From an uncultured delta proteobacterium (GTDB lineage Bacteria > Desulfobacterota > RBG-13-43-22), in contig CAWJJC010000015.1 in the NCBI GenBank assembly GCA_963843145.1, positions 1 to 64,000 on the forward strand: 64,000 bases of DNA, written 5' to 3'. The position numbers and the translations under genes are program-made. Of the stretch, positions 19,612-30,252 are shown in pieces. Numbering within the stretch: the first letter of the stretch is position 1; each line of letters starts with the position of its first letter. The notes below the pieces were generated by a model. That model saw only the letters and a program-made list of their open reading frames with translations. It was not told the DNA's origin and made no database searches.

Positions 19612-20589
19612 ATGGCTAAACCATTAATCGAAAAGATTCTCACCAAGAGGACCGCAAAAAAAACCGGGACCAAGAGTCCTAAAAAGAAAGACGGGCCGGA
19701 AAGAGTTTACAACCTGTATCACTGCGGTTATCTGGAGGTTCGCGAATGGCTCAAGGAAACGGACATTATCCTGGTGCCTTTGGGAAGCTGCGAACAGCAT
19801 GGCCGGCACCTGCCGGTCTGCACCGACGGCGTGGCCACCGAGATCCCGGTGCAGCGGGCGGCCCGTCTGGCCCAGGTCCCGCACACCCCGCTGATCTGGT
19901 TCGGCTATTCCCCCCAGCATCTGCACAGCGCCGGAACCGGCTCGGGAACTATCACGCTGCGGGCCGATATCTACCAGAATGTCCTCTATGACGTGGCTCG
20001 TTGCTTGATCCATAACGGTTTCAACAAGATCGTTTTCGCCACCGGGCATACCTCCAACATGAAGGTGGTGGACCCGGCCCTGCGGGCCCTCCGCTATGAA
20101 ACCGGGGCCTTTGTCTGCGTCTTTCGCAACGATGCCGAGGCCGCCCCGGCCATGGTGCCCGATATCATCGAAAACCCTCCGGAGGAGACGCCGGGCTGGC
20201 ACGGCAGCGAGATTGAAACCTCCGAAGTGCTGGCCTTTAATAAAGACCTGGTCCACCTGGAGCGGACCGGCAAAGATTTCACCCATGCGCCCAAATGGCT
20301 GAGCAAAAAGTTCAACAAGGTCAACGGCAGTCCCTATGTGATTTATAACGGGATCAATGTCGCCTGGGTCCCCATGGACCATCAGGAATACAGCGACACC
20401 GGCCTGATCGGCAACCCTTTCCGGGCCACGGCCGAAAAAGGGGACCTGATTTTTCAACGCAAGGCCGAAATCTTGGCCGAGTTTCTAGAGGAGCTGAAGA
20501 AGGTAAAAGTAACCGTTAAAAATCGGTCCTACGATCGGACGGACCTTTTAATTGAAAAATGTTCAAGGGCTTGTGGATTCAGGGGTTAA
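19612..20589 (+). CDS. Creatininase family amidohydrolase
   Basis: P.GS.EQHG.HLP..TD, GH..N, H....ETS, G..GNP..AT.EKG. Confidence 0.9.
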   Translation: MAKPLIEKILTKRTAKKTGTKSPKKKDGPERVYNLYHCGYLEVREWLKETDIILVPLGSCEQHGRHLPVCTDGVATEIPVQRAARLAQVPHTPLIWFGYSPQHLHSAGTGSGTITLRADIYQNVLYDVARCLIHNGFNKIVFATGHTSNMKVVDPALRALRYETGAFVCVFRNDAEAAPAMVPDIIENPPEETPGWHGSEIETSEVLAFNKDLVHLERTGKDFTHAPKWLSKKFNKVNGSPYVIYNGINVAWVPMDHQEYSDTGLIGNPFRATAEKGDLIFQRKAEILAEFLEELKKVKVTVKNRSYDRTDLLIEKCSRACGFRG

Positions 20590-20604
20590 GGCCGTTGGCC
20601 TTTT

Positions 20605-20850
20605 TGTCATGCCGGACTTGATCCGGCATCCAGGAGGCTCGGACTGCCTTGGACCCCGGCTTTCGCCGGGGTGACGATTTTTTAATTGGAATATATAGGC
20701 GAGCAAAAAGGCGATTTTTGACTTTTTGCGAGATCATCTAAAAATGGTACCAACATCGTGGCGCGTCATTCCCGCAGCGCTTTTGAGCGGGAATCCAGGT
20801 TTTTCTCAGGAAACACTGGATCCCCGATAAAGACATTCGGGGATGACGAG
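20605..20850. repeat. Two REP-like inverted doublets
   Basis: gtcatgccggacttgatccggcatccag...ggaccccggctttcgccggggtgacg and gtcattcccgc...gcgggaatccag...ctggatccccg...cggggatgacg. Confidence 0.7.
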
Positions 20851-21000
20851 AAATTAGATCTAAAAATAATAAAGAGGCAATTAATAATTGATAATTAACA
20901 ATTGATTATTAATTATTAAGTTGGCGTTTAGGCCGATGCCTAGCAATATTTTCATGCTTCGCGGGTGCCCGCCCCGGGTATGGGGGACTAACAAGGAACC

Positions 21001-22282
21001 ATGGAACCCATTCGGGATAAAACCATCGCCATCATCGCCACCCTGGATACCAAGGGGCCGGAAGTGGCTTACCTCAAGTCCCGGATTGAACTCCAAGGGT
21101 TCAAGACCCTGATCCTGAACACCGCCATTCTGGAATGCCGAAATGAGGCGGTTCCGGAGTGCCAGTTTCTCCCGGAGGCGATCGCCCGGCGAGGGCGGGG
21201 TGAACCTCCGGGAACTCCGCCTGCTGTGCGCGGAGAAGGGCACCCGCAGTAAAGGCATCCGGGCCATGGCCGAGGGTTCGGCCCGGCTGCTCGGCCGGCT
21301 TTACGAGGAAGGCCGTTTCCGTGGGGTCATTGGTTTAGGGGGGGCCCAAGGCACCGAAATCTGTACCTGCGCCATGCGGGCCCTGCCGTTCGGCGTTCCC
21401 AAGGTCATGGTCTCCACGGTGGCCTCCGGCAAAACCCCCTTCGGAATCTACGTCGGGACCCGGGATGTAACCATCATGCACTCCGTGGTGGACATTCTGG
21501 GTATCAACTCCCTGACCCGGAGGATCCTGGCCAATGCCGCCGGAGCCATCGGCGGCATGTGCGACCTCGATCCCCTGGAAGCGGAACCCGACCGCCCTCG
21601 GATCGGTATTACTATTTACGGCCAGACCACCCCCGGCGGCCTGGCCCTCAAGGTCGCCCTGGAGGAGAAGGGGTTTGAAGTCATCACCTTTCATCCCAAC
21701 GGCACGGGAGGTCGGGCCATGGAGGAAATGGCCGGGGAACATTTCCTCCATGGCCTGCTGGACCTGACTCCGCATGAACTGACCGATGAACTTTTCGGAG
21801 GGATTCATGCCGGGGATTCCGAGAGAATCCTGGCGGCAGGCCGAGCCGGGATCCCCCGGCTCCTGGTCCCGGGGGCGATGGAGGTGATTACCATGGCGGA
21901 GCCGGAGACGATCCCGGATTCCCTCCGGGATCACCCGCGTCTGCCCCACAACCCCCATATCACTCTGGTTCGGGCCGACCGGGAACAAATGATTCAACTG
22001 GGCCGGGCCTTGGGGGAAAGGCTGAACCAGTCCAGCGGTCCGGTCATCGTGGCCATTCCGCGGGGAGGGTATTCCTTCTACAACCGTCCGGGTCTCCTCT
22101 TTTACGATCCTCCGGCGGACCGGGCCTTTGTCGAGGTCCTCAAGAAAACATTACGGAGCAATATCCCGGTGGTGGAGTTGGAAGGCCACATCAATGATCC
22201 GGAATTCGGGCAGGCTCTGGTGCCGTTGTTTTTGAAGATGATGGAGCGCTTCGGAGTGCGCGGGGCCGGAGGCCCGGAGTGA
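21001..22282 (+). CDS. Tm-1-like ATP-binding (UPF0261) protein, apparent frameshift near 21192
   Basis: N-terminal TLDTKG.E in one frame, LPFGVPK.MVST and FH.NG.GGRAME in the next; extra G in cgagggcggggtg. Confidence 0.82.
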
Positions 22283-22962
22283 AACGGACGCTGGATGCCT
22301 ATGTCCGGCAGGACCCCCGTATTCTCCGGGTTTACCTGGAGGCCCGGAAACAATACGATCAGGCCGGGCGGGAACATCACAACTTTCAACACGTCCTTCG
22401 GGATCTGTACCGGGCGCTGGCCATCGCCGAAACGGAGGAGTCGGTGGACTTTAGCGTGCTGATTCCCAGCGTCCTGCTCCATGATATCGGATTTTTCGAT
22501 CCGGAGTTCCGGACCCGGGGGCACGAGGAAACCGGGGCCGCGCTGGCCCGCGGTCTACTGACCGGGCTGGGCTATGAAGAAACGACCATTACGGCCGTGG
22601 CCGAATGTATTCGGGCCCATAAAGGAAGGGCCTCGCCGCCCCTGTCCCTGGAGGCCAGAATCCTTTACGATGCCGACGTCCTGGAAAAAGCCGGACTCTT
22701 CGCCCTGATTCTGGGCGGAAAGCTGATCTGCGAGTTTCGGGAGCCCTTGGAGGATTATGTCCGGAGGGAATCCGCCGACCGGGCGGAAGAACTTTCCCGG
22801 GGTTTTTATACGGCCAAGGGCCGGGAACTGGATGGGGGCCGGCTGGCCCGCACCCGCAATTTATTGGCGGAACTGAAGCAGGAAGTAGAAAAGGACCGTC
22901 CCGACTACAGCATCACCGAGCGGGATCTTTGGGACATCCCCCCCGCCGGAATAAACCCTTGA
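22279..22962 (+). CDS. HD domain metal-dependent hydrolase
   Basis: H...H, LLHDIG, H...GA, I.AH, LYDAD.L. Confidence 0.85.
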   Translation: MKRTLDAYVRQDPRILRVYLEARKQYDQAGREHHNFQHVLRDLYRALAIAETEESVDFSVLIPSVLLHDIGFFDPEFRTRGHEETGAALARGLLTGLGYEETTITAVAECIRAHKGRASPPLSLEARILYDADVLEKAGLFALILGGKLICEFREPLEDYVRRESADRAEELSRGFYTAKGRELDGGRLARTRNLLAELKQEVEKDRPDYSITERDLWDIPPAGINP

Positions 22963-22976
22963 TGATCGGGGGCACA

Positions 22977-23876
22977 ATGGAAGCTTCATCCCAGGCCCAT
23001 TCCTTTCAAACCATAGAGGACCTTTACCGGGCACTCCAGGGACAAAAATATATCTGTGACCGCCGCCTGGCCACCACTATTTATTTAGCCCTGGGAATGG
23101 AAAAGCCCCTGCTGCTGGAGGGGGAAGCCGGAGTGGGGAAAACGGAAGTGGCCAAGGTCCTGGCCCAGGCCCTGGGCCGCCGTCTGATCCGGCTGCAGTG
23201 TTATGAAGGGCTGGATGTCAGTACGGCCATCTACGAGTGGAATTTCACCAAGCAGATCCTCGGTATCAAGCTGGCCGAAGCCCGGCATACCCTGGAAAAC
23301 CTCACAAACATCTTTGACGAAGAATACCTGATTCAACGCCCGCTCCTGGAGGCGATCCGCAGCGAAACCCAAGGCCGGCCGGTGGTCCTGCTGATTGACG
23401 AACTGGACCGCGCCGATGAGGAATTTGAAGCCTTTCTGCTGGAGGTCCTTTCGGATTACCAGATTACAGTGCCGGAGATCGGGACCCTGACCGCGCTCTC
23501 CAAGCCGGTAGTCGTGATTACCTCCAACCGGACCCGGGAGCTCCACGACGCCATCAAAAGAAGATGCCTTTACTATTGGATCCCCTACCCCTCGCTGGAA
23601 AAGGAATATGCCATCATCACCGCCAAGGTCCCGGAGATCGGCCGGGAGCTGGCCCTGAAGGTCTGCTCCCTCATGCAGGACATCCGCCGGATGGATTTTT
23701 TTAAACGGCCCGGCATAGCCGAAACCCTGGACTGGGTCCATTCTTTAATTCTTCTCCATCGCGACCATCTCGATGCCGAGACGATCGAGGAAACCCTGGG
23801 ATGTCTTTTCAAAGTTCAGGAGGACCAGGAGAAGGTGGAATCGGAAAAGCTGGCGGCGGCCTGGGCGGGAGCCTAA
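22977..23876 (+). CDS. coxD: MoxR-type AAA+ ATPase, CoxD-like
   Basis: EGEAGVGKT, RLQCYEGLD, LLIDELDRAD.EFEAFLLE, TSNRTRELHDA.KRRC, PG.AETLDW. Confidence 0.88.
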   Translation: MEASSQAHSFQTIEDLYRALQGQKYICDRRLATTIYLALGMEKPLLLEGEAGVGKTEVAKVLAQALGRRLIRLQCYEGLDVSTAIYEWNFTKQILGIKLAEARHTLENLTNIFDEEYLIQRPLLEAIRSETQGRPVVLLIDELDRADEEFEAFLLEVLSDYQITVPEIGTLTALSKPVVVITSNRTRELHDAIKRRCLYYWIPYPSLEKEYAIITAKVPEIGRELALKVCSLMQDIRRMDFFKRPGIAETLDWVHSLILLHRDHLDAETIEETLGCLFKVQEDQEKVESEKLAAAWAGA

Positions 23877-23964
23877 ATGGGTCGGGTTCTTCCGGCGCCA
23901 GGCCCGATGAGGCTAAGGGCGGTGCTGGAGGCACCCGCCCTCTGGAAGAAAGGAAGGGTAGCCT

Positions 23965-25107
23965 ATTCATTCCCAGGGCGCTAACAAACCTCCAGGGGAC
24001 TTTACGGAAAAGGTCCTCTTCTTCGCTCGCCGCCTGAAGGAACGGGGCCTTCCGGTTACTCTGGGCCGGACCTTGGGGGCCGTGGAAGGCTTAAAGCTGG
24101 TCCGGCTGGAGGAAAAGGAAGAAGTGCATGCCCTTTTCTGTTCCCATTTCGTCTCCAGGCCGGAAGAGATCCCGATATTCGATCAGGCCTTTGAAGCCTT
24201 CTGGGGATCGAGCGGTTCGCGGGACTATTCCCGCAGCTTGGGGGATCCCCCCCAAAAAAGCGCCCGCCCCGTTGAACTGACGGGGGAAGCCGAAGGCCCG
24301 GCCGGGCAGCCCAAGCGTGATCGCCGACTGCCGGCCTACAGCCCCGGGGAAGATCTATCCAAGAAAGATTTTGGTGAACTGACGGGAAAGGAATCCGAGG
24401 AGGCGGCGCGGGTTATAACGGCCCTGGCCCAAACCATCGGAGAGCGTCTGGGACGGCGCTTCCGATCGGCACCCCGGGGAAGGCGGTTGGACCTCTCCCG
24501 GACCTTGCGCCGTTCCCTGCGGCACGGGGGGGACCTGCTGGTCCTGAGGCGAAAAAAACCGCGCCCCCGCAAGACCCGCTTCGTGGTCCTCTGCGATGTC
24601 AGCGGATCCATGGACAGCTACAGCCGCTTTTTGCTGGAATTTATGTACGGGTTTCAAAAGAACGTGCCCCGGGTGGAAACCTTTGTCTTCAGCACCCGGT
24701 TGTCGCACATTACCCGGGACCTGAGGCTCCGTCTCATGGGAGCGGCCTTTCAGCGGGTCTCCGCAAAGGTAAGGGACTGGTCCGGAGGGACGCGTATCGG
24801 GGGCGCCCTGAAAGAGTACAATCGGCGCTACGGCGGGAAATTTTCGGGGAACCGGACGATTTTTGTTCTCTTGAGTGACGGCTGGGACCAGGGGGAAATC
24901 CCTCTTCTCGATCAAGAACTGGCGGCCCTAAAAAAACGCGTCCGCCGTCTAATGTGGTTGAATCCGCTGCTGGGGATGCCCGATTACCGCCCCATCGACC
25001 GGGGAATGAAGGCGGCGTTGCCCCATACCGATGATTTTCTGGACTGCCACGATCTGGAAAAACTGGAGGAATTCGGCCACAGCCTGGAGAAGGTGGCCCA
25101 GGCCTGA
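23965..25107 (+). CDS. coxE: VWA domain protein, CoxE-like
   Basis: DVSGSM, ETFVFSTRL, WSGGTRIG, SDGWD, WLNPLL; the frame opens at 23962 and the codon placed after the AGGAAGG RBS is ATT (23965), so the start is uncertain. Confidence 0.85.
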   Translation: MHSQGANKPPGDFTEKVLFFARRLKERGLPVTLGRTLGAVEGLKLVRLEEKEEVHALFCSHFVSRPEEIPIFDQAFEAFWGSSGSRDYSRSLGDPPQKSARPVELTGEAEGPAGQPKRDRRLPAYSPGEDLSKKDFGELTGKESEEAARVITALAQTIGERLGRRFRSAPRGRRLDLSRTLRRSLRHGGDLLVLRRKKPRPRKTRFVVLCDVSGSMDSYSRFLLEFMYGFQKNVPRVETFVFSTRLSHITRDLRLRLMGAAFQRVSAKVRDWSGGTRIGGALKEYNRRYGGKFSGNRTIFVLLSDGWDQGEIPLLDQELAALKKRVRRLMWLNPLLGMPDYRPIDRGMKAALPHTDDFLDCHDLEKLEEFGHSLEKVAQA

Positions 25108-25198
25108 GGAGAAACCGAACCAAAAATATTTCGATATTCGATCATGCTGATTCATTTACCAGTTGCGAACACAGCATCAATGAAAGGGGGACGGAACG

Positions 25199-26053
25199 AT
25201 GAAAGCGTTTGAAATGATTGAACCCCGGACTGTGGAAGAGGCCTGCCAATGGCTGGATCGGTTCAAAGGCCGGGCCCGGCCCTATGCCGGGGGGACGGAC
25301 CTCCTGGTTGAATTAAAGACCGGGAGGGTCAAGCTGGACGCCCTGGTCAACCTGAAGCGTATCCGAGGCCTGGATAAAATCCGCTTCAGCGGTAAGAATG
25401 GGCTGACGATCGGGGCCCTGGCCACCTGGACCCAGCTTCTGGAATCGGAAGCCGTGTCCTCCCACTACCCGTTGCTGCGCAAGGCTTCGGGGTCCATGGG
25501 GTCCACGCAGATCAGGAATGTGGCCACGCTGACCGGGAACATCTGCCACGCCTCCCCAGCAGCCAACGGCCCCATTCCCCTGCTGCTCTATGAGGGCGTT
25601 TGTCTGGTCCAGGGAGTTAAAGGGGAGCGGATCATCCCGGTGAGCAAGCTCTTTGCCGGGGTCCAAAAAAACATCCTGAAGCGCGATGAAATCGTGACCG
25701 AGATCCGGCTTCCCCGGCCGCCGGCCGGAGCCCAAGGGTCCTTCCATAAATTTGCCCAACGAAAAGCCATGGAACTGCCGGTGGTGGCGGTCGGGACCCT
25801 CTGCTGGACGTTAAACGACGCCTGGGCCGAGGTCCGCCTGGCCCTGGGGGCGGTGGCCCAGAAACCCTTTCGGGCCCGAAAAACCGAAAAATTTCTGACG
25901 AAAAAAAAGACGGATGAGAAAATCCTGCGCCGAGCGGCGGAGGTGGCTGCCGGTGAATGTGCGCCTATAACGGACCTGCGGGCCTCCAAGGAGTACCGGC
26001 TGGAACTGGTCAAAGAGCTGGTCTTTCGGGCGCTGAAAGAAAGCCTGTCTTGA
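25199..26053 (+). CDS. Xanthine dehydrogenase family FAD-binding subunit (CoxM-like)
   Basis: AGGTDL, QIRNVATL.GN.C.ASP, PITD.R.S.EYR. Confidence 0.92.
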   Translation: MKAFEMIEPRTVEEACQWLDRFKGRARPYAGGTDLLVELKTGRVKLDALVNLKRIRGLDKIRFSGKNGLTIGALATWTQLLESEAVSSHYPLLRKASGSMGSTQIRNVATLTGNICHASPAANGPIPLLLYEGVCLVQGVKGERIIPVSKLFAGVQKNILKRDEIVTEIRLPRPPAGAQGSFHKFAQRKAMELPVVAVGTLCWTLNDAWAEVRLALGAVAQKPFRARKTEKFLTKKKTDEKILRRAAEVAAGECAPITDLRASKEYRLELVKELVFRALKESLS

Positions 26054-26090
26054 ACCCCCCCCACATGCATCGCGGAGATGGAGGAAGATC

Positions 26091-26561
26091 ATGAAAAAAA
26101 CCGTCACACTGGTGATCAACGGAGAGACCCATATTTTGGAGGTCGAACATCGGAGAACGCTTCTGGAGGTTATCCGGGACGACCTTCATTTGATCGGGAC
26201 CAAGAAGATGTGCGGGCAAGGCGAATGCGGCTCCTGCACGGTCCTTCTGGACGACCTGGCGGTAAATGCCTGCCTGGTGCTGGCCCTGGACGCGGACGGG
26301 AAACGGATCGAAACCATTGAGGGACTGGCCCAGGGCGACACGCTGCACCCCATTCAGGAAGCCTTTATCGAAAAGGGGGCGATCCAATGCGGGTTTTGCA
26401 CGCCGGGCATGATTTTGACCACCAAAGCCTTTCTGGTCCGGAACCCCAGCCCCAGCGAGGAGGAGATCAAAACCGCCATTGCCGGTAACTTTTGCCGTTG
26501 TACGGGGTATGCGCGCATTGTGGAGGCCATACAGACAGCGGCCGTTCGATTAAGGGGGTAA
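26091..26561 (+). CDS. Xanthine dehydrogenase family [2Fe-2S] subunit (CoxS-like)
   Basis: C..GECGSCTV...NAC, QCGFCTPG, GN.CRCTGY. Confidence 0.95.
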   Translation: MKKTVTLVINGETHILEVEHRRTLLEVIRDDLHLIGTKKMCGQGECGSCTVLLDDLAVNACLVLALDADGKRIETIEGLAQGDTLHPIQEAFIEKGAIQCGFCTPGMILTTKAFLVRNPSPSEEEIKTAIAGNFCRCTGYARIVEAIQTAAVRLRG

Positions 26562-26567
26562 GGAGCT

Positions 26568-28859
26568 ATGGAAGAACTATTTTTTGTAGGCAAAGACGTC
26601 CCCAGGGTGGATGCCCGGGCTAAAGCCACCGGTGAGGCGGTTTACACCGTAGACCTGACCTTTCCTAATATGCTTTGGGGTCAGATGTTGCGCAGTCCCC
26701 TGCCTCATGCCAAAATTCTAAAGATAGACACCAGCCGCGCCGAGCGGCTCAACGGCGTGAAGGCGGTGATCACCGGTCGGGATACCCCTTATGTTTTTGG
26801 CGTTTCGCACATGGACCAGACCCCTTTGCAAACCGAAAAGGTACGCTATGTGGGGGACCCGGTGGCGGCCGTGGCGGCCGTGGACCTGGATACGGCCCAG
26901 GAGGCCTTAGGCCTGATCCAGGTGGAATATGAACCCCTGCCGGCTGTTTTTGATCCGGAAGAGGCTATGCGGGAAGGGGCGCCCCTGATCCACGAAGGAA
27001 TTCCAAAGAATATCGCCGCCAATCCCAGGTACAATATCGGCGACGTGGAGGCGGCCTTCCGGGAAGCCGATTACGTCTTTGAAGACCGATTCGAGACCCA
27101 GCGGGTCGCCCATGTCTGCCCGGAACCCCACAACTGTGTGGCCGTTTGGGATCACAGCGGAAAACTGACCTTCTACTATTGTTCACAGATGCCCTCGGTC
27201 ACCCGGGTCCAACTCTCCAAGGCCCTCGGTATCCCGGAAAGCAAGATACGGGTCATCACCAACAACGTGGGCGGCGGGTTTGGCAGCCGGGCCACCAGCA
27301 AGTTCCCCATGGACTTTGCGGCCATCGTGCTCGCCAAAAAATCCGGACGGCCGGTCAAGATCGAATATTCCCGGGCGGAAGAATTTATCTGGTCCTCTTT
27401 CCGGCATAAATTCATTATGACCGTGAAAACCGGGATCAAGAAGGACGGGACTATCACCGGACGGCAGATCACCAATATCTGCGACAACGGGGCCTACAGC
27501 GACTACGGCCCGGTGGTCACCAACGTGGGCGGGGCCATGCAGGGGACCCTCTACCGGTTCATGAATTACCGCTACGACGGCTACACCGTGTACACCAACC
27601 TGCCTTACGGCGGGGCCATGCGCGGCATCGGGAACCCTCAGGTCCATTACGCGGGAGAGGCCCAGCTCAATGTGATCGCCCAGCGCCTGGGGCTGGATCC
27701 CCTGGAGCTGCGCTTGAAAAACGCCGTGCGCACCGGAGACGAAACGGCTTCCGGAGCGGTCCTGAATAGCTGCGGGTTGGTGGAGTGTCTGGAGGGCGTG
27801 GCCGACAAAATCGGCTGGAAGGAAAAGAAAGCCAATCCCCAGCCCAACCGGGGACTGGGGATTGCCTGCGGCGTGCACTTTACCGGGGTTCGGCTCTCCC
27901 CCGGGATTGACGCCGACTTTGCCGGGGCCACCATGGTCGTCAACGATGACGGTTCGGTCAACCTGGCCACCTCCTGTGTGGATATCGGCAGCGGCTCCAG
28001 CACCGCCCTGACCCAGATCGCGGCGGAGGCCCTGGGGATCGAGATGGAAAAGATCCACACCATTTTCGGCGACACGGAAACCTGCCCCATGGGCTGGGGT
28101 TCCCGGGCCAGCCGGAATACGGCCATCGGCGGCATGGCCGTTAAAAAGGCGGCCGAGGACGCCCGGGCCCAGATCCTCAAAGCGGCCGGTGAAAAAATGG
28201 AAGTCCATCCCGATGACCTGGGGATCCGGAACAGTACCGTCTTCGTGAAATCAGTCCCCAGCCGCTCCATGAGTGTGGCCGACGTGGTGCGCTTTAACCG
28301 CTACCGGAAAAACGGTCAGGCCGTCATGGCCAAGGCCCACTGGGACGCCCCCAGCACCCTGGCGGATAAAGTCACCGGACGGGGAAATTTCTCCATGGCC
28401 TTCTCCTTCGGGGCCAAGGCCATTGAAGTCGAGGTGGATCCGGGAACCGGGCAAATGACTATTATCGAGGTGGCCGCTTCGCAGGATCTTGGTAAGGCCA
28501 TCAACCCCTTAGGGGCCATTGGCCAGATCGAAGGGGGGGTACACATGGGACTGGGCTTCGCCATGTCCGAAGAAATCCTCTTGGATCCGGTGGGGCGGAT
28601 GCGTAATAATTATCTGTTGGATTATCGAGTGCTCACCGCCCTGGACATGCCCCCGGTCTCCTCCATCCTGGTGGAAACCGACGACCCGATCGGTCCTTTC
28701 GGGGCCAAAGGGGTGGGGGAAATGGCCACCATCGGCACCCCCGAGGCCTTGATAGCCGCCGTTTATGATGCGGTCGGGGTCTGGATCCCGAATCTGCCCA
28801 TCACGCCGGAAAAGATTCTGCTGGCCCTTAAAAAGAAAAAAACCGAAGAAAAGGAGTAA
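26568..28859 (+). CDS. Xanthine dehydrogenase family molybdopterin-binding subunit
   Basis: RSP.PHA, GGGFG, AMRG.G.P, GQIEGG, GPFGAKGVGE. Confidence 0.95.
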   Translation: MEELFFVGKDVPRVDARAKATGEAVYTVDLTFPNMLWGQMLRSPLPHAKILKIDTSRAERLNGVKAVITGRDTPYVFGVSHMDQTPLQTEKVRYVGDPVAAVAAVDLDTAQEALGLIQVEYEPLPAVFDPEEAMREGAPLIHEGIPKNIAANPRYNIGDVEAAFREADYVFEDRFETQRVAHVCPEPHNCVAVWDHSGKLTFYYCSQMPSVTRVQLSKALGIPESKIRVITNNVGGGFGSRATSKFPMDFAAIVLAKKSGRPVKIEYSRAEEFIWSSFRHKFIMTVKTGIKKDGTITGRQITNICDNGAYSDYGPVVTNVGGAMQGTLYRFMNYRYDGYTVYTNLPYGGAMRGIGNPQVHYAGEAQLNVIAQRLGLDPLELRLKNAVRTGDETASGAVLNSCGLVECLEGVADKIGWKEKKANPQPNRGLGIACGVHFTGVRLSPGIDADFAGATMVVNDDGSVNLATSCVDIGSGSSTALTQIAAEALGIEMEKIHTIFGDTETCPMGWGSRASRNTAIGGMAVKKAAEDARAQILKAAGEKMEVHPDDLGIRNSTVFVKSVPSRSMSVADVVRFNRYRKNGQAVMAKAHWDAPSTLADKVTGRGNFSMAFSFGAKAIEVEVDPGTGQMTIIEVAASQDLGKAINPLGAIGQIEGGVHMGLGFAMSEEILLDPVGRMRNNYLLDYRVLTALDMPPVSSILVETDDPIGPFGAKGVGEMATIGTPEALIAAVYDAVGVWIPNLPITPEKILLALKKKKTEEKE

Positions 28860-28862
28860 CCC

Positions 28863-29246
28863 ATGTCTTCCCAACTTCCTCTCGATCAAGTTCCCAGTCT
28901 GCTTCTGAATATTCAGGACCTGCTGGACAAAAATCCTCCACCACCCGGGGCGGAGGTTTATCTGTTGCCCTTGTTTCACGGGCAGGATATTACGGTCACC
29001 CTGGCCCAGATCCAAGGGACCCTTAACCCGCATTATCACGCCGCCCATGATGAAACCATCTATGTGTTGGCCGGCAAAGGGCAGGCCCTGGTGGCGGGCG
29101 CCTGGGTCGATCTGGCTCCGGGTATGGTCATGCATTTCCAGGGGACCGAGGTCCACGGGGCCCGGGCCGCATCCGGAGACAAGCTGGTCTTTCTCTGTCA
29201 TTTCGCTCCGGGGATGAGAGAGCTGGATCGGGTTTTTGTAGAATAA
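28863..29246 (+). CDS. Cupin domain protein
   Basis: PH.H..HDE..YVL.G.G and H.A motifs. Confidence 0.85.
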   Translation: MSSQLPLDQVPSLLLNIQDLLDKNPPPPGAEVYLLPLFHGQDITVTLAQIQGTLNPHYHAAHDETIYVLAGKGQALVAGAWVDLAPGMVMHFQGTEVHGARAASGDKLVFLCHFAPGMRELDRVFVE

Positions 29247-30133
29247 TGGAAAAGATCGGTTTCATCGGCCTGGGGGTCATGGGAAAGCCCATGGCCCGAA
29301 ACCTGCTTAAGGCGGGATACCTACTGGCCGTACACGACGTCATCCGTTCTCCGGTAGAGGAACTGGTAAAAGAAGGTGCTCGGGAGGCTTTTTCCCCCGG
29401 GGAGATCGCTCAGTGGGCGGATATCATGATTACCATGGTCCCGGACGGAGCGGCCTTGGAGGCTTTAACCTTCGGGGAGAACGGAATCCTGGAAGGGATT
29501 CGCCCCGGGAGGATCCTGGTTGATATGAGTTCGGTTGAACCCCGGGTATCCAAAAAAGTGGCCCAAGCTTTGGCGTTGAAGGGCGCGGAGATGCTGGATG
29601 CCCCGGTTTCGGGCGGAGAACCCGGCGCCGTGGCCGGAACCCTTTCCATCATGGCCGGAGGGGAAAAAGATGTTTTCGAACGGGTCCGTCCGGTTTTTGA
29701 CGTCCTGGGAAACGGGGGGCTGTTGATCGGCCCGATCGGTTCCGGCAACGTGGCCAAGATGGCCAATCAGATCATGGTGGCCATCAACCTGATCGGCGTT
29801 GCCGAAGGGCTCGTCTTCGCCACCAAGGCCGGGGCTAATCCCCGGCTGGTCTTTGAGGCCGTAAAAGGTGGTCTGGCCGGGAGCAACTGCCTCAACGCCA
29901 AGGCTCCGCTCATCCTGGAGCGTAACTTCAAGCCCGGGGCCCGTCTGGAAATTCACATTAAGGACCTTCACAACGCCCTGACCGCGGCCCATGAAGTGGG
30001 GGCGCCCCTCCCTTTTTCGGCCTTGGCCATGGAGGTCATGCAAGCCCTCAAAGCCTTGGGAGAGGGTCAGATCGATCACGGAGGAGTGATACGATACTTT
30101 GAGCGTCTGGCCGGTATCGAAGTGAAAGAATAG
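29246..30133 (+). CDS. 2-hydroxy-3-oxopropionate (tartronate semialdehyde) reductase-like beta-hydroxyacid dehydrogenase
   Basis: GFIGLGVMG.PMA, DAPVSGG, K.ANQ, F.PG....H.KDL; close to GarR/GlxR. Confidence 0.88.
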   Translation: MEKIGFIGLGVMGKPMARNLLKAGYLLAVHDVIRSPVEELVKEGAREAFSPGEIAQWADIMITMVPDGAALEALTFGENGILEGIRPGRILVDMSSVEPRVSKKVAQALALKGAEMLDAPVSGGEPGAVAGTLSIMAGGEKDVFERVRPVFDVLGNGGLLIGPIGSGNVAKMANQIMVAINLIGVAEGLVFATKAGANPRLVFEAVKGGLAGSNCLNAKAPLILERNFKPGARLEIHIKDLHNALTAAHEVGAPLPFSALAMEVMQALKALGEGQIDHGGVIRYFERLAGIEVKE

Positions 30134-30252
30134 GGTGGTCGTCCGCTGGGTGGATAGTCAATGCGGAAGAACTCGGTAACACTTAGAGCATCATTAATAA
30201 TTAACCATTGATTATTGATTATTAATATTATGTTAGACGGAGGAAGGATTGC

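Noticed and set aside
5412-20850. GTCATTCC-type REP-like palindromes as substrates of the Y1 transposase or the IS110
   Set aside because: No similarity to the Y1 inverted repeat or the bridge-RNA guides, and none flank the Y1 genes.
22977-28859. Aerobic CO dehydrogenase (coxMSL with coxDE)
   Set aside because: The large subunit has GGAMRGIG rather than the AYxCSFR loop of form I CODH; only a generic xanthine-oxidase-family call is supported.
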